From: Candidatus Lustribacter sp.
GTDB taxonomy: Bacteria; Vulcanimicrobiota; Vulcanimicrobiia; Vulcanimicrobiales; Vulcanimicrobiaceae
DNA: 64,000 nucleotides
NCBI GenBank assembly: GCA_965277805.1
Contig: OZ255842.1
Span: forward strand, 2,944,001-3,008,000
Direction of reading: 5' to 3'
The notes beneath the pieces are model-generated. The model did not search any database and was not told the DNA's origin. It saw nothing but the letters and a program-made list of their open reading frames with translations. This document shows, piece by piece, positions 1 through 9,874 of this stretch. The position numbers were made by a program, and so were the translations under genes. Position 1 is the first letter of the stretch, and every line of letters begins with the position of its first letter.

Positions 1-1283
1 ACACCGATTCATTCGATCACCTGAGAACCCAGCGCACGACGTCAAACGGTGCGTCGTTCTTCCACCGCGTGATCCAGCGCAGCCGCGACGCATCGAACTC
101 GACGATCTACAGCGGCTCATCGGCCGTGCTGCGCCGCCGGGCACTCGATGCGATCGGGGGCTTTGCCACCGGCACGATCAGCGAGGACGTGCACACCTCG
201 TTCCGACTGCACGCCGCCGGTTGGGGATCCGTTTTCCATCCCGAGATTCTCTCGGCCGGCATGGGACCGCTCAACGCCGCTGCCTACTGCGCGCAGCGTT
301 TGCGCTGGTCGCAAGACACGCTGCAGTTACTGCTGTGCGAAAATCTCTTCGCACATCCGACGCTGACCTGGCGCCAGCGCTTGGCCTACATCATCCACGC
401 CGCAAGCAACCTCGAAGGGTGGCGGCACGTCTTCATCTACGCGCTCCCGATCGCGATCCTGTTCACCGGCATCCTCCCGCTGCAAACGAGCGCGACGAGC
501 TTTCTGCTTCACTTCGTGCCGTACTTTCTGGCCACGAACATCACCCTCAGCGAATTCGCGCGCGGGCATCTGCGCGTTGACGAAAGCGCAATCTTTAACC
601 TCGCCCGCGCACCCGCATCAATTCTAGCGGTCTTCACCGCACACGGTGCGCACCGCTGGCGCGTGACGCCGAAAGCGCTCGGCGCTCCCGAACGCGCCGC
701 AGAGATGCGGTTCGCGGAAGCCGTTTTGGCGCTCTCGTCGGCCGCGATCGCCTTCGCGTGCATCGAAGAGTTCAGCGGCCGCTCGCAACTCAGCCGCGGC
801 GCGCTCGCGCTGGTCATCATATGGGCGGCGTATCACGTCAGCACCGGCGCGCGCCTCTTGGCGCTCGAATGGCGCTGCGCGCACAATCGCCGTGCGACGA
901 CGCGCTTCGGCGAACGGCTTCCGGCGGTGATCCAGCGTACGGACGATCCGCAAACGGCCTATGCGGTCGACATCGTGGCCGCATCGGCCGACGGCCTCAC
1001 GTTGCAAACCCCCGATCGGTCTTCGATACCGGCCGCCGGTACGTATCACGGCGAACTTGCTGTTGGAGCGGCACGTTATGCGTTCACGATCGACCTTGCC
1101 GGCGTCCGCGCCGGCGGTCCCGTACGATGGCCTGACGACGCGACGCGCAGTGCCTTCGATCAATACCTGCACCAAAGGGCGATCGCACGCTTCGGGGCGA
1201 CGGACCGCGGCGACCGCGGCGGCATTTTCCGCGCCGCCGAAGCGCTAGGGCGGAACGACCTGGAAAAACATGCGCGTTCGTGA
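1..1283 (+). CDS. Cellulose synthase BcsA-like GT2 processive glycosyltransferase, 3' part (5' end outside window), with degenerate C-terminal PilZ-like domain
   Basis: Frame is open from base 3. Motifs: GSSAVLRR, ISED (TED-like), QRLRW (QxxRW), several TM helices, then RRATTR and AASADG resembling PilZ RxxxR / xSxxG. Confidence 0.85.
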   Translation, partial: TDSFDHLRTQRTTSNGASFFHRVIQRSRDASNSTIYSGSSAVLRRRALDAIGGFATGTISEDVHTSFRLHAAGWGSVFHPEILSAGMGPLNAAAYCAQRLRWSQDTLQLLLCENLFAHPTLTWRQRLAYIIHAASNLEGWRHVFIYALPIAILFTGILPLQTSATSFLLHFVPYFLATNITLSEFARGHLRVDESAIFNLARAPASILAVFTAHGAHRWRVTPKALGAPERAAEMRFAEAVLALSSAAIAFACIEEFSGRSQLSRGALALVIIWAAYHVSTGARLLALEWRCAHNRRATTRFGERLPAVIQRTDDPQTAYAVDIVAASADGLTLQTPDRSSIPAAGTYHGELAVGAARYAFTIDLAGVRAGGPVRWPDDATRSAFDQYLHQRAIARFGATDRGDRGGIFRAAEALGRNDLEKHARS

Positions 1284-2744
1284 CGTGCTCGACAGACGAT
1301 GCAACCAGTTCGCCGGCACCGATCCGATACGCCTGAACCCTTGCGGGCCGGCGTCTAGGACGACCGGCCGGCAGCGCGCCCAATCCGGATACTCGCGCAC
1401 GTACTGGGCCGGCGAATCGTCGACGATGATCCGCGAGCCGAGCACTTTTTCAACCGCCGCGCCGTAGCCGAGTGAGTGGGAATCGGACCAGCCCGCAACT
1501 ACGATCGCACCGTCCGGGACGGTGCTCAGTACGTCGTCGATGGCGGACTGATTGCTCGGATACGTCCCTCCGAGAGGGAACGCCCGTGGAGAAAACGCCG
1601 CCACCAGCACGACGGCAACGAGAGCGATTGTCGCCGCCGCGGATGTTATCTTCTGCGGCACCTTCGGCAGCGCAAGGCGTGTACTCGTGGCCGCGAGTGC
1701 TGCGATCAGTGCCAACGATCCAAGCAAATAACCATGCACGTTGTCATCGTTGCGGTAGATCTGGGCAAATGCGATACCGCCGATGCTGCCGCAGGCAAGG
1801 ACGCTCAGGGAGCGCCGGTCGCTTCGCGCAAGCGCAACCAATCCGATCGCGCCGAGTACCAGGAGCCCGAATGAAAACTCTTCGCCGGCGGCTCTGAAGA
1901 CAAAGACGCCGGCTTTCGGATAGACGTTGAGATCGAGCATATGCGCAAGCGATGTACTCGCGTGTTCTTTGCGTCCCAAGACTTCATTGAGAAATCCGTC
2001 GAGCGTTCGCGGCTGGTTGGTATCCCAGTCGATCGATTCGACGCCGAACAGCGGTGCGGCCGCCGTCGGATCCAGATGTTGCGCGGCCACGATCGACGAG
2101 CGCAGAGGAAAATAGAGATAGAGCAGCAGAGGCGCGAGGAAGGCGAGCATGACGAAGCCGAGCGTGCGGCGGTCGAAGCGTTGGCGTTGCCACAGCGCGG
2201 ACACGATCACACCCGGCACGGCGAACAGCGCGAGCGGGTGCGCGGCGATCCCCAAGCCCGTGCACGCACACGCCGCAACGAATGTGCGGCGGTCGCCGGA
2301 GCGGGCGAACGAAACGCTCAGCGCCAGCGCGAAAATGATCGCGGGAACCGCGAAGACTTGAACGTTGGCTTGCTCGGCCTGTTGCCACGAGATAAGGCCA
2401 AAGGCAAACGTGAGACCGGAGGCCAGCGCCGCGATTGGTTGACTTTCAAGCGTCAGCGCGAGCACGGTTACACCCGAAGCGCAAAGCGCGACGGCCGCGG
2501 CCGTCAACACGTTTAGCCGCCATGCAACGGTTCCGAATGCCACGACGTGGGTGAATAGCCAACCGAGCAGCGTATATGCCGGAAAACCGGTCGCATGCGC
2601 GATGCCGAGGATGTAAGGAACGGTTTGGGCTTCGGCGTTGTCACCCGCCGAGACGGCCGATGAAAGCGAGGGTAGGTAGCAGATCAGCGCTCCGGCAAAG
2701 GCGACGATCGCCGCCGCGACGGCCTGCCGGCGCGCTTGCGTCAA
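1245..2744 (-). CDS. DUF2723 / TMEM260-like membrane glycosyltransferase (GT-C, putative protein O-mannosyltransferase)
   Basis: GDNAEAQTVPYILGIAHATGFPAYTLLGWLF matches the family GD.GE...LG(V/I)AHPPGYP motif; multiple TM helices. TTG at 2744 overlaps the stop of the upstream gene. Confidence 0.8.
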   Translation of the reverse strand: MTQARRQAVAAAIVAFAGALICYLPSLSSAVSAGDNAEAQTVPYILGIAHATGFPAYTLLGWLFTHVVAFGTVAWRLNVLTAAAVALCASGVTVLALTLESQPIAALASGLTFAFGLISWQQAEQANVQVFAVPAIIFALALSVSFARSGDRRTFVAACACTGLGIAAHPLALFAVPGVIVSALWQRQRFDRRTLGFVMLAFLAPLLLYLYFPLRSSIVAAQHLDPTAAAPLFGVESIDWDTNQPRTLDGFLNEVLGRKEHASTSLAHMLDLNVYPKAGVFVFRAAGEEFSFGLLVLGAIGLVALARSDRRSLSVLACGSIGGIAFAQIYRNDDNVHGYLLGSLALIAALAATSTRLALPKVPQKITSAAATIALVAVVLVAAFSPRAFPLGGTYPSNQSAIDDVLSTVPDGAIVVAGWSDSHSLGYGAAVEKVLGSRIIVDDSPAQYVREYPDWARCRPVVLDAGPQGFRRIGSVPANWLHRLSSTSRTRMFFQVVPP

Positions 2745-3019
2745 TCGACGCCGATATCCCAAACTGCGTCGAGTTCGCGCTTCGCAAAGGCCCGGAACGC
2801 AATCATCGTTTCCGTACTCGTAATCCCGGGCCGATTCGCAATCACCTCGGTCACCAGATCGCTCAACTGGTCGTGTTCACGTACGCGCACGATCGCTATG
2901 AGGTCGAACGGCCCCGCGACACTGTATACCTCGGTCACCCCTTTGACCGAGAGAAGCTCCTCGGCGAGCGATTTGACGCGGCCCGGCTCGACGCTGAGCA
3001 TAACGAAGGCGGTAATCAT
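2741..3019 (-). CDS. Lrp/AsnC ligand-binding (RAM) domain protein, no HTH
   Basis: 92 aa; GVTEVYSVAGPFDLIAIVRV...GITSTETMI is typical of a standalone AsnC ligand-binding domain. Confidence 0.9.
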   Translation of the reverse strand: MITAFVMLSVEPGRVKSLAEELLSVKGVTEVYSVAGPFDLIAIVRVREHDQLSDLVTEVIANRPGITSTETMIAFRAFAKRELDAVWDIGVD

Positions 3020-3262
3020 TTAGCGAATCTTCCGTTCAAGGCGGCTCTTGCGGGCGGCACGCAGCCGCTCGACCTGGTTATAGACATCGGCCGTCCGGGA
3101 TTTCGTCACCTTGACCCGGTGGGAACGGATGCGCATGACGAACAGCAGCAGCACGATCCCGATGGCCCCGAATGCGCACGCCAGGCGCAGTTCCCAAGGC
3201 AGGAGGGCACCGGCCACGAGAAACGCAGCCACGATGGCCAGCGCGTTCTGCCACGGCCGCAT
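3020..3262 (-). CDS. Small hypothetical membrane protein
   Basis: Two hydrophobic segments and a basic tail; stop abuts the Lrp start. Start is 3262 (ATG) or 3277 (GTG). Confidence 0.65.
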   Translation of the reverse strand: MRPWQNALAIVAAFLVAGALLPWELRLACAFGAIGIVLLLFVMRIRSHRVKVTKSRTADVYNQVERLRAARKSRLERKIR

Positions 3263-3582
3263 CGGTGAAACGGTCACCCCGGCCGTGTTCGCCGCCCCTT
3301 GCCCGCCGCTTCTTCCCCGCGCCGGCGCCGTCGTCTGTCAAAATGCTTACTAAGGCTAACAATTTGACTAAGCGTGAAGTCACAGTCTAGCGGCTTGGCC
3401 AGGGCACGGTAAAAGCGGTCCCGTAAGAACGCTCGTCCGGTATGCGGGCAGCCAGTCGATTGCGTCGGCGCTAATGCTGAACGGGCATCGGGACGACTAC
3501 TAGAGTGGGGTGGCGGCTGCTAAGGCGGCCTTCAAAGCATACCCTTTGGGTGTTTTTCGATCGGAGTCGGGACACGAGCACG

Positions 3583-4722
3583 ATGACCAAGGAACGAAAT
3601 CTGATCGCTTTCGCCGTTATAGCGGTCCTTGCCGCGTGTGGCGGGGGCGGCGGCGGCGGCACGGCATCGCTTCCCAGCGGCCCGAGCTCCGTCACCGCGA
3701 CGCCGACGCCGGGCGCGATCGCCACATCCACGCCGGCGCTGCCGGCCGGCTACGCGGTCGACAGCGTCTCGATCACCATGGCGAAGGGCACCTATGTCGC
3801 CGCCTCGACCCGTAATGTCCAGGCTATCGGCACGGGCACGCAGTCGATCGTATTTACGCTCTTGCAGCAGAACGGGGTGCCGCTCACCGGCGCGCCGCAG
3901 ACCTTCGGTTTGACCGGCTCCAGCTCAGGGTGCACGACGAATCCGAACACCCAAGCGTTGACCTGCGTTCTGCCGGTCAACGCTCCCGTCGGACAGGACG
4001 TCTTCCTCGCGCAGACCTACTCGAATGCGAACGGCACGGGAAGCCTGACCGGAAGCGGGGCCGTAGCGCTCAGCGTCGGCATCAATTCCACGAATACCGC
4101 CTCGATCGTGCTCAACGCACAGGTCGCCTCGGTGCTCGTCGTCACCGGCAGCTTCTATCTCGGTAACTACGTGAACTCGCAGGCCATATCGCGACGCGCC
4201 GGCACGTCCGCGCTTCGGCAGATCGCGACTCAAGGAACAGTGTACCCGAACGTGTCGTCGACGCAGGTCTTCGTCGTGGCCGTCGATAGTTCGGGCAACA
4301 CGATTTTGAACCCATCGACCTACAGCTCGCCGGTCTACCTTCAACTCGCGTATGACTACACCGATGGCCTCTCCGGTGGCGTGCCGATGACGGCCGACGT
4401 CACCTTGACGGCGACCTATGCGGCGAACGATCCGGCCCCGTGCACGGGAGGCAGCGCGACGGCCGCGGGCTGGTATACGAGCTTTGCGCTCTGCTCGCCG
4501 AGCGACATCGTTACCGCCAGCATGACGCCGAACGTCCTCGCGAGTCCGTCATGGGACGCCTACGTTCTCGGACAGACCAACTCGAACTTACTGCTTCCGA
4601 CGCCGGCGCCAAACACGACCCCAGCGCCGATAGCCTCGCTCCCGGCAACGAACTCGTTTGCTGATATTTACGTCATCTATCCCACCACCCCGCCCGGCAA
4701 TATCACGGTGATCGGACAATGA
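3583..4722 (+). CDS. Ser/Thr-rich beta-sheet lipoprotein, paralog 1 of a local family
   Basis: MTKERNLIAFAVIAVLAA|CGGGGGG lipobox; Cys pair (GCTT...LTC) followed by APVG; ends in a beta strand GNITVIGQ. Confidence 0.85.
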   Translation: MTKERNLIAFAVIAVLAACGGGGGGGTASLPSGPSSVTATPTPGAIATSTPALPAGYAVDSVSITMAKGTYVAASTRNVQAIGTGTQSIVFTLLQQNGVPLTGAPQTFGLTGSSSGCTTNPNTQALTCVLPVNAPVGQDVFLAQTYSNANGTGSLTGSGAVALSVGINSTNTASIVLNAQVASVLVVTGSFYLGNYVNSQAISRRAGTSALRQIATQGTVYPNVSSTQVFVVAVDSSGNTILNPSTYSSPVYLQLAYDYTDGLSGGVPMTADVTLTATYAANDPAPCTGGSATAAGWYTSFALCSPSDIVTASMTPNVLASPSWDAYVLGQTNSNLLLPTPAPNTTPAPIASLPATNSFADIYVIYPTTPPGNITVIGQ

Positions 4723-6254
4723 GGCGCAGCGGAATGCGAACGACATTCTACACTCTCGGAGCCGCAGCGGTAATCGGCAGCGTCCTGACGGCGTGCGGCG
4801 GCGGTTCGTCATCGTCGTCTCAGTCGACGGTGCCCCTGCCGTCGTCGTCGATCCCGCCGGTCGTGCAAGGCATAACGCCGACCGGACCGACCGCGCCGAT
4901 GACGATCACCATCGCCATCCCGCAACATGTCACGACGACCGCCGCAGCACACGCTTTGGTAAGCAAACGCATCCACGCGCTCTACGGAGCGAAGAGTTCG
5001 GATTCCCGGATCCGCACGATGGCCAACACATCGCCGTCGGCATCGATTCGTCAGGCCGGCGCGCAGTTGGAGAAGTCGGCGAAACAAATCGAGCTAAAGA
5101 CGGGCCGCAGCCCTGAGTACGTTTCGCCCGGCACGTATTATATGGAATTAGTGATGTCGTCCGGCGCGACGAACGTCTCCGATCAAACGGCCTACTGCTC
5201 GGTATCCTCTAACCAGTGCTCGGCAACGTTTAACGTTCCGGTGGGCACAGGTTTCACTGCAGCGCTTTACTTATACGACGATTGCGACTACTTGCTCTCC
5301 GCCGGCGCGGCATCGAACGTGACCATCGTCTCCGGTTCGAACGCGCCGCTCACGATCACGTTAAACCCCGTCGTCGCCTATTTCGACGTCACCGCAACCG
5401 CGACGACTCCGTTCATCGCCGATCCGTCGCAGGCGCAAACGTTCAACGTTTCGGTGACGCCGCTCGATGCAGAGTATTACAATAACAGCCAGCAGAACGT
5501 CGTCACCACGCCCGGCGTTCTGGTTGACTCGACGTTCCATCAAATCACCTCGGTGACGCTGGCGCTCTCATCGGCCTACCCCGACGTCACACCGTCGGGG
5601 CCGCAAACGTTGAACGTGCCGGTGTTGGCGCAAAACTCGATCAACACGTATACGTTCCCGACGACCTCGTACACCTTCGGTGGAACCGGTACCGAGGGGA
5701 GCGTCGTTTGGACGGCGACCCCCAACACCGTCGGAAGCCCGATCGTCCCGACGAACGAGCGCGGCCCTTATTCTGACGGCACGCCGAGTCCCGGCACAAA
5801 CGTCGGCTCCCTCTCCATCACCGACAATCCAGTGGCCCTTAGCTGGACCAATCCGCAGGGATACCCGCAAAGCAGTGGTGATCCGGTGATTGCGTCGCAG
5901 GGCACCGGTACCAACGTCACTTACTGGTCGGCCGAGTTCCCGAACCCGGCCAATACCAGCACGTACACCTTTGGGCTCAACGAGAATATCCCGTTCAGCG
6001 GAAACATCACGCTCAGCGATAACGGCCAGTGCGTATCGAGCGTCGTTTCCTCGTACACCCCAACTCTCGGTACCTATCCCTTCTCCCAGCTCAACACGAG
6101 CCCGTACGTTCTGATCACGATGAACTCCAGCAGTAACACGGCGGCGTGTATCGTCACGGCGACCGATGACGCGGCCACACCGCGCAGTACCCAACTGCAG
6201 ATCTTCGTCGACAGTTCTACACTGACTATTCAGAATAAAGCGAGGGCCCATTAA
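4719..6254 (+). CDS. Ser/Thr-rich lipoprotein, paralog 2
   Basis: VLTA|CGGGSSSS lipobox; GRSPEYVSPGT motif; Cys pair; ATGA overlap with the upstream gene. Confidence 0.85.
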   Translation: MRRSGMRTTFYTLGAAAVIGSVLTACGGGSSSSSQSTVPLPSSSIPPVVQGITPTGPTAPMTITIAIPQHVTTTAAAHALVSKRIHALYGAKSSDSRIRTMANTSPSASIRQAGAQLEKSAKQIELKTGRSPEYVSPGTYYMELVMSSGATNVSDQTAYCSVSSNQCSATFNVPVGTGFTAALYLYDDCDYLLSAGAASNVTIVSGSNAPLTITLNPVVAYFDVTATATTPFIADPSQAQTFNVSVTPLDAEYYNNSQQNVVTTPGVLVDSTFHQITSVTLALSSAYPDVTPSGPQTLNVPVLAQNSINTYTFPTTSYTFGGTGTEGSVVWTATPNTVGSPIVPTNERGPYSDGTPSPGTNVGSLSITDNPVALSWTNPQGYPQSSGDPVIASQGTGTNVTYWSAEFPNPANTSTYTFGLNENIPFSGNITLSDNGQCVSSVVSSYTPTLGTYPFSQLNTSPYVLITMNSSSNTAACIVTATDDAATPRSTQLQIFVDSSTLTIQNKARAH

Positions 6255-7351
6255 TGAGCCGCCTCTCTCGGGCCGGTGCTGCAGCCCTAACGGCAGCGAT
6301 CGTCCTTGCGGGATGCGGCGGCGGCGGCGGCAGCAGTGCCGCGCCGCCGAGCAACGCGCAGTCCGCGCCTACCACCATCACGAAGGTTGCTCCGCCGGCG
6401 GCAGCCGGCCGCACGTCATACGGCACGGCGAAGCTTACCCTCGCCCTGCCGAAGGCGCTCCGCGGTAGCACGACGGCAAACGTGGTACGAGCAATTCCGC
6501 ACGGGAAGGCCACCACGGCGTCAACCGGTCGCCATGCGCAATTCGTCGATCCATCTCCCGCGCCGGGCGTGGGCGTCTGTCAAGGAAACGTCATCGACAT
6601 CTATGTCGACGGCTCACTCATTCCGGCAATCGATGGCCAGGGCGAACAACCCGATTCGCTTTGCGTTCAGAGCTCGATCGACGGAACGCAGACCGTTAAC
6701 GTCCCGCTCTTCTCCAGCAGCAACAACGAAGTCGTCGTGGTTGAGTGGGATCCTTACGTTTCGAGTATCCTGGCATTGGGAGAAACGAACTACGGCAACT
6801 TCAGCCCGGGAAGTGCAGTGAATCTGACGGTGACGATGCAGGAGAACGCGCAGTACATCGGCGTCACCGATCTCAGCTTCAACGGGCCGCAGCTGATGAC
6901 GGGCGGGACGTGGTACGACCTCGTTGGATCCTGTCCGGGAACATCGCAATTCACCGCCTTTACGGCGGACTTCAACGGCGTGTTTATTCCCGTCGCGGGC
7001 TACGGTGGAACCTCGAATCCGGTTCTCACCGGAACGTCGGACAATGGCGGTACGTCCAGGCTCACGCAATCATCTGCAGCCGGCGTTTACGTCGTCTCGT
7101 GGGATTCGAATTGCGACGGCGTCGAGGCATCTGCTACGGCACCGAACCCCGTGTATTCGATCTACGGTGACGTCACTAACACCAATTACTACAACTACTA
7201 TAACGACTACCATTATTACAATGAGGTAGGTTCGCCGAACCAGGGCATTTGGAACCTGGTCTACGTGTTCAACGACACGTTGGGCCAGAATTTCTATCAG
7301 CTCAGCACCCCGACTATCAACGGCACCATCGACATCCAAAACGACGGCTAG
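6254..7351 (+). CDS. Ser/Thr-rich lipoprotein, paralog 3
   Basis: VLAG|CGGGGG lipobox; GRHAQFVDP motif; TAATG coupling to the upstream gene. Confidence 0.85.
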   Translation: MSRLSRAGAAALTAAIVLAGCGGGGGSSAAPPSNAQSAPTTITKVAPPAAAGRTSYGTAKLTLALPKALRGSTTANVVRAIPHGKATTASTGRHAQFVDPSPAPGVGVCQGNVIDIYVDGSLIPAIDGQGEQPDSLCVQSSIDGTQTVNVPLFSSSNNEVVVVEWDPYVSSILALGETNYGNFSPGSAVNLTVTMQENAQYIGVTDLSFNGPQLMTGGTWYDLVGSCPGTSQFTAFTADFNGVFIPVAGYGGTSNPVLTGTSDNGGTSRLTQSSAAGVYVVSWDSNCDGVEASATAPNPVYSIYGDVTNTNYYNYYNDYHYYNEVGSPNQGIWNLVYVFNDTLGQNFYQLSTPTINGTIDIQNDG

Positions 7352-7379
7352 AAACACAACGCTCGTCACCGCCGCCGTC

Positions 7380-8849
7380 GTGGCGGCGGTGGCGCTGGCC
7401 GTATACCTCCCACAGGTACCGGCGGGCGTCGGCGTCGGCGACGAAGCGGAAGCGCAAACGGTTCCCTACATCCTCGGGATCGCGCATACACCCGGCTTTC
7501 CCGTGTTCACGCTCGCGGGCTGGCTCGCTTCACATGCCATACCGTTCGCGAGCGTTGCGTGGCGAATGAACGCTTTCAACGCGGCATGCACGGCTGCGGG
7601 CGCTGCCGGCATCGTTCTGCTCGCGGTTGAACTCGGGGCCGGGATTTTTGCGGCGGCTGCAGCGGCGTTCGTTTTCGCATTCGGCAATACGATTTGGAAC
7701 GGCGCATTGCACGTGAACGTGCAAGTGCTTGCTGCAACGTTGGGGATCTACTCCCTCTGGGCCAGCGTCAGGTTTTCGCGTGACGGCAGCACGCGCACGC
7801 TCGTCGCCGCGTGCGGGTTCTGCGGACTCGGAATCGCGGCGCATCCGGCCGTAATCTGGATCGTCCCCGGCGTGATCGTGGCTGCGCTCATACAATGGCG
7901 GTGCTTATCAGTCAAGGTCGTGGCACTCGGCGTACTGGTACTCATCGTTCCGCTCTCGTTGTATGCCTACGTTCCGCTTCGCGCGCACGTGATCGCAGCG
8001 CATGGGCTCGACCCGCTGGCCGCAGCGCCCTTCGGCGGCTTGGGTTCGTTCGACTGGAGCACAGCCACACTACAGGGTTCCGGGAGCCCCGCGCAACGTT
8101 TTGTGGGACACGGCGATGTTGCGGTCCTCCGCTCACTCGATCCGGGCCCGCTTCCCCAGGCGGCGAACACCTGGATCGCGCTCGCACTCGCGCAATACCG
8201 TCTGCTATTCTTACTGCTCACCGGCGCCGGACTCGTCGCGCTCGCGCAGAGCAATCGTCGTGCGCTGGCCGTTCTCATCGCCGGCACGCTCGGCGGAATT
8301 GCCTTCGCGTACACGTACCGCCTCGACACCCACCTGGACCGTTACCTCATCGTTTCGTTTGCGGTTACCGCAGCGGTCGCCGCGGCGAGCACGCAACTGC
8401 GTATTCCGCGCGTGCCCGATATGGCCGTGCGAACCATTACCCTCATCGCGCTCGCGTTACTTGCGGTCAATGCCGGGACGAATAATGCACCGCTGCCCCC
8501 CAGCCGCCTCGATGTTCCGGGAGAAGCGATTATCGCGGCTGCTCGCCACGACACGCCGGCAAACGCGATCGTCGTCGCGCAGTGGAACGACGCGACCGCC
8601 CTCGGATACGGCACCTTCGTCGAGCATTCGCTGGACGGGCGAACGATCGTCGATGCGTGGCCGAATCAATTCAGCAACCGCTACGAATCCTGGGCGCGCA
8701 CGCGCCCGGTCATCCTCTTCGTCAGTCCGCTAGCGGCACTCCGAATCTATCCGATGTGGGCCAATCTGCGTGAGCTCGACAGCACCCTACCCACGTACCG
8801 CGTCTTTGCGGTAGTGGCGCCGCGCCCGCACCGGCACCGCAGGCGCTAG
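7380..8849 (+). CDS. Second DUF2723 / TMEM260-like membrane glycosyltransferase
   Basis: GDEAEAQTVPYILGIAHTPGFP; collinear paralog of 1245-2744 (WRMNA/WRLNV, GLGIAAHP, LDP.AAAP). True start may lie slightly upstream of 7380. Confidence 0.8.
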   Translation: MAAVALAVYLPQVPAGVGVGDEAEAQTVPYILGIAHTPGFPVFTLAGWLASHAIPFASVAWRMNAFNAACTAAGAAGIVLLAVELGAGIFAAAAAAFVFAFGNTIWNGALHVNVQVLAATLGIYSLWASVRFSRDGSTRTLVAACGFCGLGIAAHPAVIWIVPGVIVAALIQWRCLSVKVVALGVLVLIVPLSLYAYVPLRAHVIAAHGLDPLAAAPFGGLGSFDWSTATLQGSGSPAQRFVGHGDVAVLRSLDPGPLPQAANTWIALALAQYRLLFLLLTGAGLVALAQSNRRALAVLIAGTLGGIAFAYTYRLDTHLDRYLIVSFAVTAAVAAASTQLRIPRVPDMAVRTITLIALALLAVNAGTNNAPLPPSRLDVPGEAIIAAARHDTPANAIVVAQWNDATALGYGTFVEHSLDGRTIVDAWPNQFSNRYESWARTRPVILFVSPLAALRIYPMWANLRELDSTLPTYRVFAVVAPRPHRHRRR

Positions 8850-9241
8850 TCGTCGTCGGATTCGTGCAAGTGCAGATGCGAGCCGTCTTCGGCGTCATCG
8901 AGCACTTCGCGCGCTTCGCTGAGGACGCTCGCGGGTAACGTTCCGCCGCGTTCGACCGTGCCTTCGGGCGCGAGGAAGTCGAGTTCGTCCCAGTCTTCCC
9001 ACGTTTCCAACCGCTCGGTCTCGTCGTCGACTTCGCGACCGTCTTCGTCGGGGAAGCGCACGCAGTAACCCTGGTCGATGTGCAAGCCGGTCACGAGCAC
9101 GCGCGTCCCTTGCGGGTAATACGTCCCGTCTTTCCAGAGGGTGCCGGACGTGGTGTCGTAATAGGTGCCGATGCGTATCGGTTCGATGGTTCGGTTTCTC
9201 CGTTGCGCGACGTCGTGCGCGTTGGCCGAGTGTTTCCGCAT
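8846..9241 (-). CDS. Acidic hypothetical protein
   Basis: Fills the gap between two + strand genes; protein-like composition (GTYYDTTSGTLWKDGTYYP...). Start uncertain. Confidence 0.6.
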   Translation of the reverse strand: MRKHSANAHDVAQRRNRTIEPIRIGTYYDTTSGTLWKDGTYYPQGTRVLVTGLHIDQGYCVRFPDEDGREVDDETERLETWEDWDELDFLAPEGTVERGGTLPASVLSEAREVLDDAEDGSHLHLHESDDD

Positions 9242-9265
9242 CGCGCTCGAAATTCCCCATAACGC

Positions 9266-9817
9266 ATGAGCGATCAACCGCTGCGCCACTGGACCGTACG
9301 CTCGTCAACTTATCGCGTAAACGAGCCGTTTCTGCGCGTTCGCAGCGATACGGTCGAACTACCCGACGGTACAGTCATCGAGAACTACTTCGTGCGGGAG
9401 AGCCGCGGCTTTGCGATTGTGGCCGCGATCACGCCGGACCGCCGGATCGTCTTGGTACGCCAATATAAACACGGTATCGCGCAGATCGTGCTCGAGCTTC
9501 CGGCCGGGATGATCGACCCCGGCGAAGCGCCCGAGGCGTGCGCGATTCGTGAACTCGCCGAGGAAACCGGGTACGCGGGCGAGCCGCCACGGCTACTCCG
9601 AACGCTCTTTGCCGACCCGACCAGTTCCAACGCCAGCTTCCACGTGTTCCTGATCGAGAACGCGGTGCCGAAATTCGCCCAGTCGCTCGACACGACCGAG
9701 GCGATCGTGGTCGAAACGGTGACCATCCAGGAGCTGCACACGGCCGTCCGCGACGGACGGATCGGCTCCGGTTCGCAGGTCGCAGCGGTGTACGTCGCCT
9801 TGGATCACATTCAGTAA
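9266..9817 (+). CDS. NUDIX hydrolase (ADP-ribose pyrophosphatase-like)
   Basis: Nudix box GMIDPGEAPEACAIRELAEETGY; LVRQYKH. Confidence 0.92.
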   Translation: MSDQPLRHWTVRSSTYRVNEPFLRVRSDTVELPDGTVIENYFVRESRGFAIVAAITPDRRIVLVRQYKHGIAQIVLELPAGMIDPGEAPEACAIRELAEETGYAGEPPRLLRTLFADPTSSNASFHVFLIENAVPKFAQSLDTTEAIVVETVTIQELHTAVRDGRIGSGSQVAAVYVALDHIQ

Positions 9818-9874
9818 CGGCCCGCTCCGGCAATACGGGGAAGCGCCCGGAAGCCGTCTAATCGGGATACGGTA

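Noticed and set aside
3390-3560. c-di-GMP or c-di-AMP riboswitch
   Set aside because: The consensus cores were not recognisable by eye; kept only as an unassigned leader.
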